Shown here: positions 52,108-61,360 of the stretch, piece after piece
How the letters are laid out: each line of letters starts with the position of its first letter
Position numbering within the stretch: the stretch's first letter is position 1
Source of the DNA: Desulfatiglandales bacterium
GTDB lineage: Bacteria; Desulfobacterota; DSM-4660; Desulfatiglandales; HGW-15
Reading direction: 5' to 3'
DNA: 64,000 bases
NCBI GenBank assembly: GCA_963667015.2
Contig: CAXXJJ010000001.1
Coordinates: forward strand, 1,088,001 to 1,152,000
Notes under the pieces: generated by a model
Told to the model about the DNA's origin: nothing
Seen by the model: only the letters and a program-made list of their open reading frames with translations
Database searches by the model: none
Position numbers and translations under genes: made by a program

Positions 52108-52511
52108 TGTATCTGCTTGATACAAACATTCTGAGCGAATTAGTTAAAAAGAAACCCAATCCGAATTTCATCTCAAAACTTAAATCAGTACCACCCCAAT
52201 CACTCTATACATCCAGTATTTGCATATTTGAGCTGCGATTTGGAAGCGTGTTAAGGGATGATTTCAATATTTTCTGGCAGCGAATAATGGATTCTATTCT
52301 TTCTCGAATCTCAACTCTGAACTTTGGAGATGAAGAAGCTCATATAGCCGGAGATATTCTGGCTCAACTTCAGAAAAAAGGTCAAATACTTGGAGTCGAA
52401 GATGTATACATTGCCGCAACAGCCCTTTCCAATAAATGTACTCTTATCACAGCTAACACCAAACATTATAAAAGGATTGATGGGCTTAAGCTGGAAAACT
52501 GGATAATATAA
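52107..52511 (+). CDS. vapC: VapC PIN-domain toxin
   Basis: YLLDTNILSEL, FELRFG, DVYIAATA, LITANTKHY; overlaps the antitoxin stop (TAATG). Confidence 0.92.
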   Translation: MYLLDTNILSELVKKKPNPNFISKLKSVPPQSLYTSSICIFELRFGSVLRDDFNIFWQRIMDSILSRISTLNFGDEEAHIAGDILAQLQKKGQILGVEDVYIAATALSNKCTLITANTKHYKRIDGLKLENWII

Positions 52512-52533
52512 AAGGTCTGCCTGCAGAAATTCA

Positions 52534-52760
52534 TCATCATAAACCTGTTCCATAAATTTATGGAACAGGTAAGGAATTTTGCATTGAAGCTCTATAACTC
52601 ATTGAATTATAGGGTGATATTGCGAATTGGCTTTCCAAAGCCTATGGACACTTTAGAAACCCTCCCAATCACCATTTTTTCGCTCGGTTGACGATGGTGG
52701 ATAGTTAAAAAAAAGGTTTGTAATCAATATCGGCAATAATGCTAATGTGAGCAAAATTGC
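52534..52760 (+). repeat. Long intergenic repeat family, copy B
   Basis: Palindrome ACCTGTTCCATAAATTTATGGAACAGGT, the same conserved block as copy A, and the 3' extension shared with copy C. Confidence 0.9.
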
Positions 52761-53070
52761 TTCTATAGGTGGTAGTCTTTATGCCTATTATATAAGTTTT
52801 ATTGATCCAACAAGCTTTACTATCATGGAATCGATCTTCATGCTCTCTATAGTTATTATCGGCGGTGCTGGAAATTTAAAAGGCTCTATTATTGGGGCTG
52901 CTCTTTTGATATCCATCCCTGAGATACTTAGATTTGTCGGGATGCCAAACACGATAGCCGCAAACATGAGACAGATATTTTATGGAATCCTGATCGTTTT
53001 TTTTATGATGTTTAGACCTCAGGGTCTTTTAGGTAAACATGCCTTCCGAGATAAAGTGGTTATTAAATGA
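52747..53070 (+). pseudogene. livM: C-terminal fragment of a branched-chain amino acid ABC permease (LivM-like)
   Basis: GSLYAYYISFIDP, SIVIIGGAGN..GSIIGA, PEILR, RPQGL; N-terminal two thirds replaced by repeat copy B. Confidence 0.8.
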
Positions 53071-53855
53071 ATAGTTTTTTACTGAATGCTAAAAATCTTG
53101 AGAAACATTTTAATGGTATCAAAGCCCTTGATGATTTTTCCACTTCTATTCAAAAAGATGAAATACTCGGCCTGATTGGCCCTAATGGTGCTGGAAAGAC
53201 AACTCTTTTCAATGTACTTACCGGTTTTATCCCTCCTGATAATGGAAATATAATTTTGAATAAAAAAGACATTACCAATGTTGCTCCATATAAAATAGCC
53301 AATCTGGGTGTAAGTAGAACCTTTCAGAATCTTCGCTTAATTCAGCAGATAAGTGTCCTTGATAATGTATTGCTTTCCTTTAGGGATCAACCAGGTGAAA
53401 AACTCAGGAATGTGTTTTTTCGATGGAAAAAGAGCAAAGCACAGGAAAACATTAACCGGAAAGAGGCTCTTGAACTGCTTGAGCAAACAGGATTAAGGCA
53501 AAAAGCAAATGATCCTGCTGAAGACCTATCATGTGGTCAGCAAAAGCTTTTAAGCCTTGTATGCTGCCTTGCTGCCAAATCTGATCTCCTTTTACTTGAT
53601 GAACCTGTTGCAGGTATTGCACCTGCCATGATTGAAAAAATTCTGGAGATAATAAAAAAACTTCGTGCACAAGGAAAGTCTGTAATCATCATTGAACACA
53701 ACATGGACGTAATTATGGAAATATGTGATCGTGTTATTTTTATGGATATGGGGAAAAAGATTTGTGAAGGGACACCGGAAGAGGTGAGGAATGATCCGAG
53801 GGTTATAGAGGCATTTGTGGGAAGTCAGATGCATGGTGTGAGGTTCAAGGTTTAA
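53067..53855 (+). CDS. livG: Branched-chain amino acid ABC ATPase (LivG-like)
   Basis: GPNGAGKTT, SRTFQN, LLLDEP, IEHNM, VRNDPRVIEAF. Confidence 0.88.
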   Translation: MNSFLLNAKNLEKHFNGIKALDDFSTSIQKDEILGLIGPNGAGKTTLFNVLTGFIPPDNGNIILNKKDITNVAPYKIANLGVSRTFQNLRLIQQISVLDNVLLSFRDQPGEKLRNVFFRWKKSKAQENINRKEALELLEQTGLRQKANDPAEDLSCGQQKLLSLVCCLAAKSDLLLLDEPVAGIAPAMIEKILEIIKKLRAQGKSVIIIEHNMDVIMEICDRVIFMDMGKKICEGTPEEVRNDPRVIEAFVGSQMHGVRFKV

Positions 53856-53888
53856 GGTTAAAAGCATAAAAAATAATAAAACTTATTT

Positions 53889-54088
53889 TAACCACGAACC
53901 ACACTAAATACACGAAAATAAAAACAACTTTATGTTTTTGATTTAAAAATGAAAAAACTTTCAGTGTATTTCGAGTGGTTAGTTGTATTCCAATATCGAA
54001 TCACTACTTCGGATTTAAAAGAAAAAAGCGAAGTAAGAAAAAATACAGATTTTTGTTAATGAAAAACTTTTCGTGTGTTTCGTGGTAA
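53889..54088. repeat. Short inverted-arm repeat (AACCACGAA...TTCGTGGT), cargo-free copy
   Basis: Left arm TAACCACGAACCACACTAAATACACGAAAA at 53889; right arms at 53959-53985 and 54068-54088. Confidence 0.8.
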
Positions 54089-54092
54089 CTGA

Positions 54093-54803
54093 ATGAAAAA
54101 AATTCTTGAAATATCAAATCTTGAAACCGGCTACGGCAAAAAGCAGGTTTTGTTTGGTCTGTCCCTCGATGTTAAGCAGGGTGAGATAGTCGCTATTATA
54201 GGACCTAATGGCTCTGGTAAATCCACAGTACTTAAAACTGTTTGCGGACTTATCCAGCCCTGGCTGGGAGAAATCCTGTTTGATAGTAACGTAATTAATG
54301 GCTCTGATCCTGCTGAAAATGTTGCCCGCGGCATTACATTTTGCCCCCAGGGGAATCTTGTTTTTCATGACATGACTGTTATGGAAAATCTTGAGATAGG
54401 GGGATTTCCTTTAAAACGTAAAGAAGCAAAAGAACGTATTTCAGAAGTTCTGGAAACATTCCCGGTACTTAAAGATCGCCTTAAACAGGACGCAGGCAAA
54501 CTCTCAGGCGGAGAACAACAGATGGTTGCTCTTGCACGCGCTCTTGTCCCTAAACCCAAGCTCCTCATGCTTGATGAACCATCATTAGGCCTCTCACCAA
54601 AATTGATTGGTGTTGTCTTTGATAAGATCATAGAAATAAATAAAAAAAATGGCGTTACATTCCTTATAGTTGAGCAGAAAGTTCGTGAGGTTCTGGAGAT
54701 ATGCGAAAGGGTGTATTCCATAAAGCTTGGGAAAAATGCCTTTGAAGGGCAGCCGGATGAATTGAAGGAAAATAAAGGAAAGCAGAAAGAATTATTTCTC
54801 TAA
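54093..54803 (+). CDS. livF: Branched-chain amino acid ABC ATPase (LivF-like)
   Basis: GPNGSGKST, TVMENLEIG, LSGGEQQM, LDEPSLGLSP, IVEQ. Confidence 0.9.
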   Translation: MKKILEISNLETGYGKKQVLFGLSLDVKQGEIVAIIGPNGSGKSTVLKTVCGLIQPWLGEILFDSNVINGSDPAENVARGITFCPQGNLVFHDMTVMENLEIGGFPLKRKEAKERISEVLETFPVLKDRLKQDAGKLSGGEQQMVALARALVPKPKLLMLDEPSLGLSPKLIGVVFDKIIEINKKNGVTFLIVEQKVREVLEICERVYSIKLGKNAFEGQPDELKENKGKQKELFL

Positions 54804-54954
54804 ACTCTTCTTGTTCTATCAGATATTGAAGCGATCCGGATTTTTGATGATATAATTAATATTCATGAAAAATAGAATATATAATTAATTTTCATAGACA
54901 ATAATCATTTTTCATGCCACAATACCCAGGTAAATATAAGGGGTATTCATAAAA

Positions 54955-56493
54955 ATGAAAATATATAATCAAAATTCAAAGAATATAATCGTTTTTCACG
55001 ACTTTCCGGCTTTGGAAGAGGGGAGCAGTTTAGCCGGGTATTCGGCTCTGATTATAGCCTATGATCTAAAAGTGCCTGTTCCTGATTACCTTTGCGCTAT
55101 TGGTACCAAACATAAAAAATATGATTTTGAACGCTGGAATATTTTTACCCCGCGCCATAAACCGGAAGATACACTTTATGGACACCTGATTTTTGCGCTT
55201 AAATATGAAGGCATTGATCTGGCAGTTCTTAATGCGCTGTTTCAAAAAATTAAAGCCAATGAAATTTGTGAGATTATCCTTTCGGAACCGACAGGCAGTT
55301 ATAGCCGAAGAGTGTGGTTTTTATGGGAATGGCTGCGTGATGAGAAACTGGATATTAAGGACGCATCAGCAGGGAATTTTGTTCCGCTCATTGACAGTAA
55401 ATTACAATATGAAGGGAAATCATATCCATCCAGACGCCACCGGGTTCGTAATAACCTGCCCGGTACGCACAATTTTTGTCCTTTAATTAGAAAAACCGAA
55501 AAGCTTGAAAACTTTATTGGAAAGAACCTGTCAGAAAAAGCCGTAAAAAATATCGGGCAGACACACTCCGATCTTTTACGCCGTGCCGCTGCTTTTCTAT
55601 TGCTGAAAGATTCAAAGGCCTCTTATACAATCGAAGGAGAGACTCCGCCACATAATCGGATAGAACGATGGGGGCGGGTCATAGGTGAAGCAGGAAGGCG
55701 TAAACTCAGTATTTCAGAACTGGAATATTTGCAAAAAATCCTTATCGCGGATATTCGATTTATCGAACCGGGGTTGCGAAAAGAAGGCGGTTTTGTTGGT
55801 GAACATGACCGCGCTTCCGGAATGCCTATGCCAGATCACATCTCGGCTCGCCCGGATGATTTAAAGGATTTGCTCTCAGGACTTGTCGATACATATTCTA
55901 TTCTTTGCGAGGAGGATTTTGATGCTGTTTTATTAGCGACGATCATTGCCTTTGGCTTTGTCTTTATTCATCCTTTTGAAGATGGGAATGGCAGGATTCA
56001 TCGTTATTTGATTCATCATGTTCTGGCAGAAAAAGGTTTTGTTCCGAAAGGATTAATATTCCCTGTATCCGCTGTAATTCTGGATCGGATAGAGGGATAC
56101 AGAAAGACATTGGAACATTTTTCAAAGACAAGGCTTGATTTAATCAAATGGAGGCCAACAGAGAAAAACAATGTCGAGGTTTTAAATGAGACTATTGATT
56201 TGTATCGTTATTATGATGCAACGAAACAGGCCGAGTTCTTATTTGAGTGTGTTGAAGAAACAGTAAATAAAACGCTTCCTGAGGAAGTTGCATATCTTAA
56301 AAAATACGACATTTTAAATGAGTTTATCAAAAACTATATTGATATGCCTGATAAACTTGTTGATTTACTCATACGCCTCATTACCCAAAACGATGGGAAA
56401 CTCTCAAAACGAGCAAGGAAAAGGGAATTTGAAAAATTGACCGATAATGAAATTAACGCGATTGAGGAAAAATACGCCGAGATTTTTGCTTAA
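54955..56493 (+). CDS. Fic-domain protein
   Basis: Fic motif HPFEDGNGRIHR; upstream inhibitory-type motif SYTIEG. Confidence 0.9.
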   Translation: MKIYNQNSKNIIVFHDFPALEEGSSLAGYSALIIAYDLKVPVPDYLCAIGTKHKKYDFERWNIFTPRHKPEDTLYGHLIFALKYEGIDLAVLNALFQKIKANEICEIILSEPTGSYSRRVWFLWEWLRDEKLDIKDASAGNFVPLIDSKLQYEGKSYPSRRHRVRNNLPGTHNFCPLIRKTEKLENFIGKNLSEKAVKNIGQTHSDLLRRAAAFLLLKDSKASYTIEGETPPHNRIERWGRVIGEAGRRKLSISELEYLQKILIADIRFIEPGLRKEGGFVGEHDRASGMPMPDHISARPDDLKDLLSGLVDTYSILCEEDFDAVLLATIIAFGFVFIHPFEDGNGRIHRYLIHHVLAEKGFVPKGLIFPVSAVILDRIEGYRKTLEHFSKTRLDLIKWRPTEKNNVEVLNETIDLYRYYDATKQAEFLFECVEETVNKTLPEEVAYLKKYDILNEFIKNYIDMPDKLVDLLIRLITQNDGKLSKRARKREFEKLTDNEINAIEEKYAEIFA

Positions 56494-56620
56494 ATACCTG
56501 GCTTTGATATTCCAGTACCTTATTGTTAATTCGGATTTTGAAGGGCCAGTTGTCTGTTGACTGATGCATCCCAATAAGGCATCATTGTATGCATAAAAGA
56601 TCATATTTGAGAGGATTATT

Positions 56621-56818
56621 ATGAGGACAACAATCAACATTGAAGACAGTCTTATTGATAAAGCTTCCAAATTAACCGGAATTAAGGAGAAGACCTCGCT
56701 GGTTAAGCTTGGCCTGGAAGCACTTATAGCAAGAGAAAGCAGTAAAAGGCTTGCAAAACTTGGGGGAAGTGAAAAAGAGATCTCATCTGTTCCGCGCAGG
56801 AAGCCTCAGAATGTCTGA
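56621..56818 (+). CDS. vapB: VapB-type (RHH, DUF2191-like) antitoxin
   Basis: MRTTINIEDSLIDKA..LTGIKEKTSLV..GLEALI.RES..RLAKLGGS. Confidence 0.85.
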   Translation: MRTTINIEDSLIDKASKLTGIKEKTSLVKLGLEALIARESSKRLAKLGGSEKEISSVPRRKPQNV

Positions 56819-56870
56819 ACTTATTCTTGTTGATAAACCGATGTGGACAAATCTTTGAGAAAGGCCGCTA
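56811..56870 (+). pseudogene. Stub of the cognate PIN toxin
   Basis: Overlapping ATG gives MSELILVDKPMWTNL*, then LRK in a shifted frame, resembling the VapC start MILVDTSVW...LRKG. Confidence 0.55.
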
Positions 56871-57115
56871 ATAAACTCTCCATAGAGTATAGTGCCATAT
56901 TCAATAACTGGGTAAACTGAAAAAATGATCTCTTCAATCATTAACCACGAACCACACGAAATACACGAAAAATAATATTTATTAATGCATTTTTCATTCT
57001 TTTAATGTATTTAATATGTAAGCTTTCCTTTAGATTAATCCTTGGCTTAATTATTATATGAATCATAAGCATCAAATACAAACCACTCTTTTCTAACTAT
57101 CTTGGAATATAAAAA

Positions 57116-58000
57116 ATGGTGGATAAACCTGATATACATAAAATAACCGAAATTATACCAGAGGCATCAAACCTGGAAGAAATCGGATCCGGTGGATTCA
57201 AGGTTGTCTTTAAGGCAAATATCGGAGATAAAACTGAAGCTGTCAAATTAGTACAAATCCCGAGTGATGAGGATAACGAAGATGTCAGAGAGGAAAATCT
57301 GAGAAGAATTATTAGAGAAATAGATATCCTCAAAAAAGCAACAAGCCCATACCTGGTGAAACTTGGTTCAATAGAACCACGACCGTGCAAAATTGATGAT
57401 ATTGAATATGTAGTATATTCGGAAGAGTATTTGGACGGGAAAAGCTTGAGACAAATGATTCAATCCGATTATAGTCCCGATAAAAATGAAATGGCGGAAT
57501 TAGCAATTTGTATGTTTGAGGCTATCCATGAATTAGCAGGGCTCAATGTTATCCATCGCGATATTAAACCCGATAATATTATACAAACTTGCGCTCCTGA
57601 AAGACCGTTTGTTTTGCTGGATCTAGGAATCGCTTTTCATATTGGCGGAACCAAATTAACAAAGGACAGTAACAGAATCCCGGGAACTCTATACTATATA
57701 GCTCCTGAGATGCTTGATCAAAATTTTAGGCAAAACCTTGATTACAGGGCAGATCTTTATACAATAGCTTTGACATTATACGAGTTTGCTTCAGGTGATA
57801 ATCCTTTTGCTAATGTGGGTGATCCTCAATTTACCACTCTCTATAGGATTAAAACTCAGAAGCCGAAACCATTGAAAGAACTTCGAAATGATTTGCCTGA
57901 TGCATTGTGCAAATTGATTGATCAACTAATGAGGAAAGTCCCAGCGCTTCGGCCTGCCAACTTTAATAGACTGATGGATCAGATGGAGGCAATCAGATGA
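57116..58000 (+). CDS. Stand-alone Ser/Thr protein kinase
   Basis: IGSGGFKVVFK, AVK, REI, HRDIKPDN, DLG, PGTLYYIAPE, RADLY. Confidence 0.92.
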   Translation: MVDKPDIHKITEIIPEASNLEEIGSGGFKVVFKANIGDKTEAVKLVQIPSDEDNEDVREENLRRIIREIDILKKATSPYLVKLGSIEPRPCKIDDIEYVVYSEEYLDGKSLRQMIQSDYSPDKNEMAELAICMFEAIHELAGLNVIHRDIKPDNIIQTCAPERPFVLLDLGIAFHIGGTKLTKDSNRIPGTLYYIAPEMLDQNFRQNLDYRADLYTIALTLYEFASGDNPFANVGDPQFTTLYRIKTQKPKPLKELRNDLPDALCKLIDQLMRKVPALRPANFNRLMDQMEAIR

Positions 58001-59175
58001 AACTGTATGCACAAATAGGCCACGGCCTTGGTGATAAAGTAAATAAAGGTTTATCAGAGAATTTGATAGATGGAGCGATTTTTAGCCCGAAAGACCTGCA
58101 AAAAAGTACAATGATAGAGAAGATAAGCGGAATGCGAAATGATTTCTCTGATGCAGAAATATTAATTGATCCGCAATTCTATGTAAGTTTGTATTCAAGT
58201 TCGCCTGAAATAAATGTAGGGAAAATATTTGATTGGGATTATTTCAAATCTTATCGTAAAGGTCAGTTGGAGTTAAATGAGGCTATAGATAAAGTTCTAA
58301 ACGAGTACTTTCAGGAAATAGTAGAATTTAAAACTACAGGAGTGATTTCTCCAAATATTTATATTTCACAGTCATTTGATTCACGTGAAGCAGTTATTGC
58401 AAAGAACTTTATCAGACAGGCAAAAAAAATCTATGATTCAATTGGAGATACAAGGCCACTTTATACAAGCCTGATAGTATCGCGTGAGACATTGCAGGAC
58501 CGCCGTGAATTTGAAGAATTTATAAATGATATCACGCTACTTGATAATCCGCCTGATGGCTTTTATCTTATTGTAGCAAGCCGGTCGACAGAAGCCCTTT
58601 CTGATATTTACCATACAGATGTTGTGGCAAACTGGATGTTTTTGAATTTATCCCTTTCTATAAATGGGTTCCAGGTAATTAATGGCTATTCCGACCTTTT
58701 AACACCCTTTCTTGGAGTGGCAGGCGGAACTGCCGGGGCCACGGGCTGGTTTTCAAATCTTAGGATGTTTTCGATGGACAGATTTTATCCTGCATCCGGA
58801 GGCAGGGTGCCAATCATCAGGTACTTGAGTAAATCACTATTGAATAGAGTCACATTTTCAGAAAAAGATGCTATAAGTCAATTTGTTCCTGCGGTTATAA
58901 ATGGTCTCTCTCATGATGCAGATTATAATCCTGAACCGGAGCGTTCCGAAGAGATTTTGCAATCATGGGAAGCAATCGGTTCATTGAATAATGAATTGGA
59001 AGATGATGATATTGAAGAAGGGCTTAATAAATCTAAAATACTAATTCAACAGGCTGAGCAGATATATAGTGAAATTGCATCTTCAGGAATACAGCTTGAT
59101 AAAAAATCACGTAATGATCACGTCCAGCCTTTACTTGAAGGGTTGCGGCAATTTAAGGAACGTGCAGAATTATGA
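57997..59175 (+). CDS. Conserved hypothetical protein, probable TIM barrel (Beta-protein/sce7725-like by pattern)
   Basis: ATGA overlap with the kinase; alternating beta/alpha motifs GAIFSPKD, ILIDPQFY, VISP, DGFYLIV, ATGWFSNLR; family call is an inference. Confidence 0.55.
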   Translation: MKLYAQIGHGLGDKVNKGLSENLIDGAIFSPKDLQKSTMIEKISGMRNDFSDAEILIDPQFYVSLYSSSPEINVGKIFDWDYFKSYRKGQLELNEAIDKVLNEYFQEIVEFKTTGVISPNIYISQSFDSREAVIAKNFIRQAKKIYDSIGDTRPLYTSLIVSRETLQDRREFEEFINDITLLDNPPDGFYLIVASRSTEALSDIYHTDVVANWMFLNLSLSINGFQVINGYSDLLTPFLGVAGGTAGATGWFSNLRMFSMDRFYPASGGRVPIIRYLSKSLLNRVTFSEKDAISQFVPAVINGLSHDADYNPEPERSEEILQSWEAIGSLNNELEDDDIEEGLNKSKILIQQAEQIYSEIASSGIQLDKKSRNDHVQPLLEGLRQFKERAEL

Positions 59176-59745
59176 AAGCATTGCCTGATTGGCAATTTGA
59201 ATAGCCTTTTGTCCGTATTTTGGAATGAATTGTTGCTTGGGGCGTGGAGTAAAAAGACAGGAAATAGTTCCCCTTTCTTTTGAAAATCCCCAAAGACCCA
59301 CACGCAACTTTTTGAACATATCTAATTGTGATTCAATCTGTTTTAATTTTTCCAGCGGTAATACAAGTATGGAAGCATGAGAGAAATATTTGTAGCGATG
59401 AGCCTGCATAACACCTTTACGCCAGTCTTTAAGTTTGAACTCAAAAGCCCGGACAGTTGGATTATATTTTTCAAGATTAACTTCAGCAGTATTTTGTTGC
59501 GTTAAATCATTTGCCCAGTTGAAAACAAGCAAATCTGCTATCCCGTTTCCCGAAATCGGAACTTCGCGCATGAAAAGAGTATTTTTTCTATTAGTTCCGG
59601 TATGAATTTTTAAAAAGTTTTCATAGTAAGACTCTGTGAATTGTTGAGCGAACTCTTCCTCTGGATTTCTTCTAGGTATTTTAGCGGAGAAATTCATTTG
59701 TGGGTTATGAAATTTATATTCCAATATGTCAGAATAATCATTCAT
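59170..59745 (-). CDS. PD-(D/E)xK nuclease-fold protein (sce7726/MmcB-like)
   Basis: REVP...IADLLVF...AFEFKLKDWRKGVMQAHRY motif. Confidence 0.7.
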   Translation of the reverse strand: MNDYSDILEYKFHNPQMNFSAKIPRRNPEEEFAQQFTESYYENFLKIHTGTNRKNTLFMREVPISGNGIADLLVFNWANDLTQQNTAEVNLEKYNPTVRAFEFKLKDWRKGVMQAHRYKYFSHASILVLPLEKLKQIESQLDMFKKLRVGLWGFSKERGTISCLFTPRPKQQFIPKYGQKAIQIANQAMLS

Positions 59746-59947
59746 TCAATAAGGCCTCTTATTAATTACTGCACTATGATTTATCATTGATAATATAATA
59801 ATGCAATTATCAAATTCACGTGCTTAAAAAAGAAAAAAGTAATTTGTTTTACTTAAAACTTTTTGTGTTTAGAGTGGTTCATGGAAAAAATATAATGGGT
59901 GTAACAGCAGAAAACATGACTTACCTCGAATTGATTTATAGAGAGAA

Positions 59948-60214
59948 GTGAAGGCCGATGTTCACCTTCTTTCCATCGAACCATTGCTTGAAGATTTAGG
60001 CGATATCAATTTATCAGATATACACTGGAGTATTGTTGGTGGAGAATCAGGACCAAAGGCCAGACCTATGAAAGCCGAAAGGGTAAATAAAATTAAAAAA
60101 CAATGTAAAGAATATAATTTGCCCTTTTTCTTTAAGCAGTGGAGAGGATGGGGCGCAGACTGCATTAAAAGGCCCAAAAAACAAAATGGCAGATTACTTC
60201 TTGGGCGAACCTAG
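59948..60214 (+). pseudogene. C-terminal fragment of a DUF5131 (phage Gp37/Gp68-like) protein
   Basis: LSIEPLLED, IHWSIVGGESGPKARPM, PFFFKQW, NGRLLLGRT; N-terminus missing. Confidence 0.8.
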
Positions 60215-60425
60215 GACAGGTAAGGAATTTTGTATTGAAACTCTATAAGTAATTGAATTATAGTGGGTTATATTGCGAATTGGCTTTCTAAAACCTATGG
60301 ACACCTTACTAAACCTCCAAACCACCATTTTTGTGCGTGGCTGGCGACGATGGATGGTTAAAAGAAGGTTTGTAATCAATATCGGCAATAATGCTAATGT
60401 GAGCAAAATTGCCGATATTCGATTT
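60214..60425 (+). repeat. Long intergenic repeat family, copy C (half palindrome plus complete 3' hairpin)
   Basis: GGACAGGTAAGGAATTTTG...TATTGCGAATTGGCTTTCTAAAACCTATGGACAC...AATCAATATCGGCAAT-(loop)-ATTGCCGATATTCGATT. Confidence 0.9.
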
Positions 60426-60635
60426 AAAAAATTAATCCACACTCCACCAAATCGCTGAAAAGCATGTCTGGCTTGAGTTCATGGTCGAGCTATTACTTTG
60501 CATCATAAAAATTACACTTCCTGATTTAGTGAATTACAATGGAGATAAAGAAAAGATAGGCTGGATGGTATTTAGGTATAATCGAAATCTGTGAGCGTGG
60601 TAACCGCACACCACGAAAATACTTAAAACAGAAGT

Positions 60636-60725
60636 TAACCGCGAAACACACGAAATACGCGAAAATAAAAACATAAATATTTTTCTTTTTTAAAACTTTT
60701 GAGCCTTTCGTGTATTTCGTGGTTT
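60636..60725. repeat. Short inverted-arm repeat, cargo-free copy
   Basis: TAACCGCGAAACACACGAAATACGCGAAAA ... TTTCGTGTATTTCGTGGTTT. Confidence 0.8.
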
Positions 60726-60738
60726 AAATGTATTATTC

Positions 60739-60767
60739 TTGATTCTTGTACCGTTTTTCGGTACTAT
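60739..60767 (+). promoter_or_regulatory. Sigma70-type promoter with overlapping operator for yefM-yoeB
   Basis: TTGATT-17 nt-TACTAT with palindrome GTACCG-N5-CGGTAC overlapping the spacer and -10. Confidence 0.6.
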
Positions 60768-60797
60768 TACGGCTCAATCATAATGGAGATTATAATA

Positions 60798-61049
60798 ATG
60801 CCTGAAACAACATCCAATATTTTTCGAAAGACATTAAAATCCCAGGTGGATAATACAATTGCCAACCACGAAGTGCTCAGGGTCAAAAGGCGAAATGGTG
60901 AAAATTTTGTTGTAATTGGTGAAAAAGACTGGGAGGCAATCGAGGAAACACTTTACCTTAATCAGTTTCCAGGACTTGTTGACAGCATTCATGAAGCTGA
61001 CAGAGAGCCACTCGAAGAAGGCACACCTTTTGAGGAATTGGACTGGTGA
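60798..61049 (+). CDS. yefM: YefM/Phd antitoxin
   Basis: FRKTLKS, RRNGENFVVIGEKDWEAIEETLYL; start 60798 after SD GGAG. Confidence 0.85.
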   Translation: MPETTSNIFRKTLKSQVDNTIANHEVLRVKRRNGENFVVIGEKDWEAIEETLYLNQFPGLVDSIHEADREPLEEGTPFEELDW

Positions 61050-61309
61050 GCTGGTCTGTTGTCCTATCCAGGCAGGCAGTCAAAGATACTAAAAAAATAG
61101 AAAGGGCAGGGTTAAAAAGCCAGGCCAAAGAGTTATTATCCCTTTTAAAAGAAAATCCATTCAAAACACCTCCTGCATACGAAAAACTTCTTGGAAACCT
61201 GAAAGGCTTTTATTCTCGAAGGATCAATATTAAGCACAGGATGGTTTATTCAATAAATACTGAAAGAAGAGTCGTTCATATATTGAGGTTGTGGACACAT
61301 TATGAATAA
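61046..61309 (+). CDS. yoeB: Txe/YoeB-family toxin
   Basis: NPFKTPP.YEKL.GNLKGFYSRRINIKHRMVY...WTHYE; GTGA overlap. Confidence 0.92.
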   Translation: MSWSVVLSRQAVKDTKKIERAGLKSQAKELLSLLKENPFKTPPAYEKLLGNLKGFYSRRINIKHRMVYSINTERRVVHILRLWTHYE

Positions 61310-61360
61310 CCGCAGGAATAATCAGACGGCTTTTTAAAGCAAGGAAAGGAGAAACAGCTA

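Noticed and set aside
60194..60458. Small ORFs 60194..60442 and 60273..60458
   Set aside because: They lie within repeat copy C, and I see no equivalent ORFs in copies A and B
53889..60725. Canonical integron attC array
   Set aside because: RYYYAAC/GTTRRRY ends are not properly met, the sites are not placed one per gene, and no intI is in the window; reported as a different repeat family
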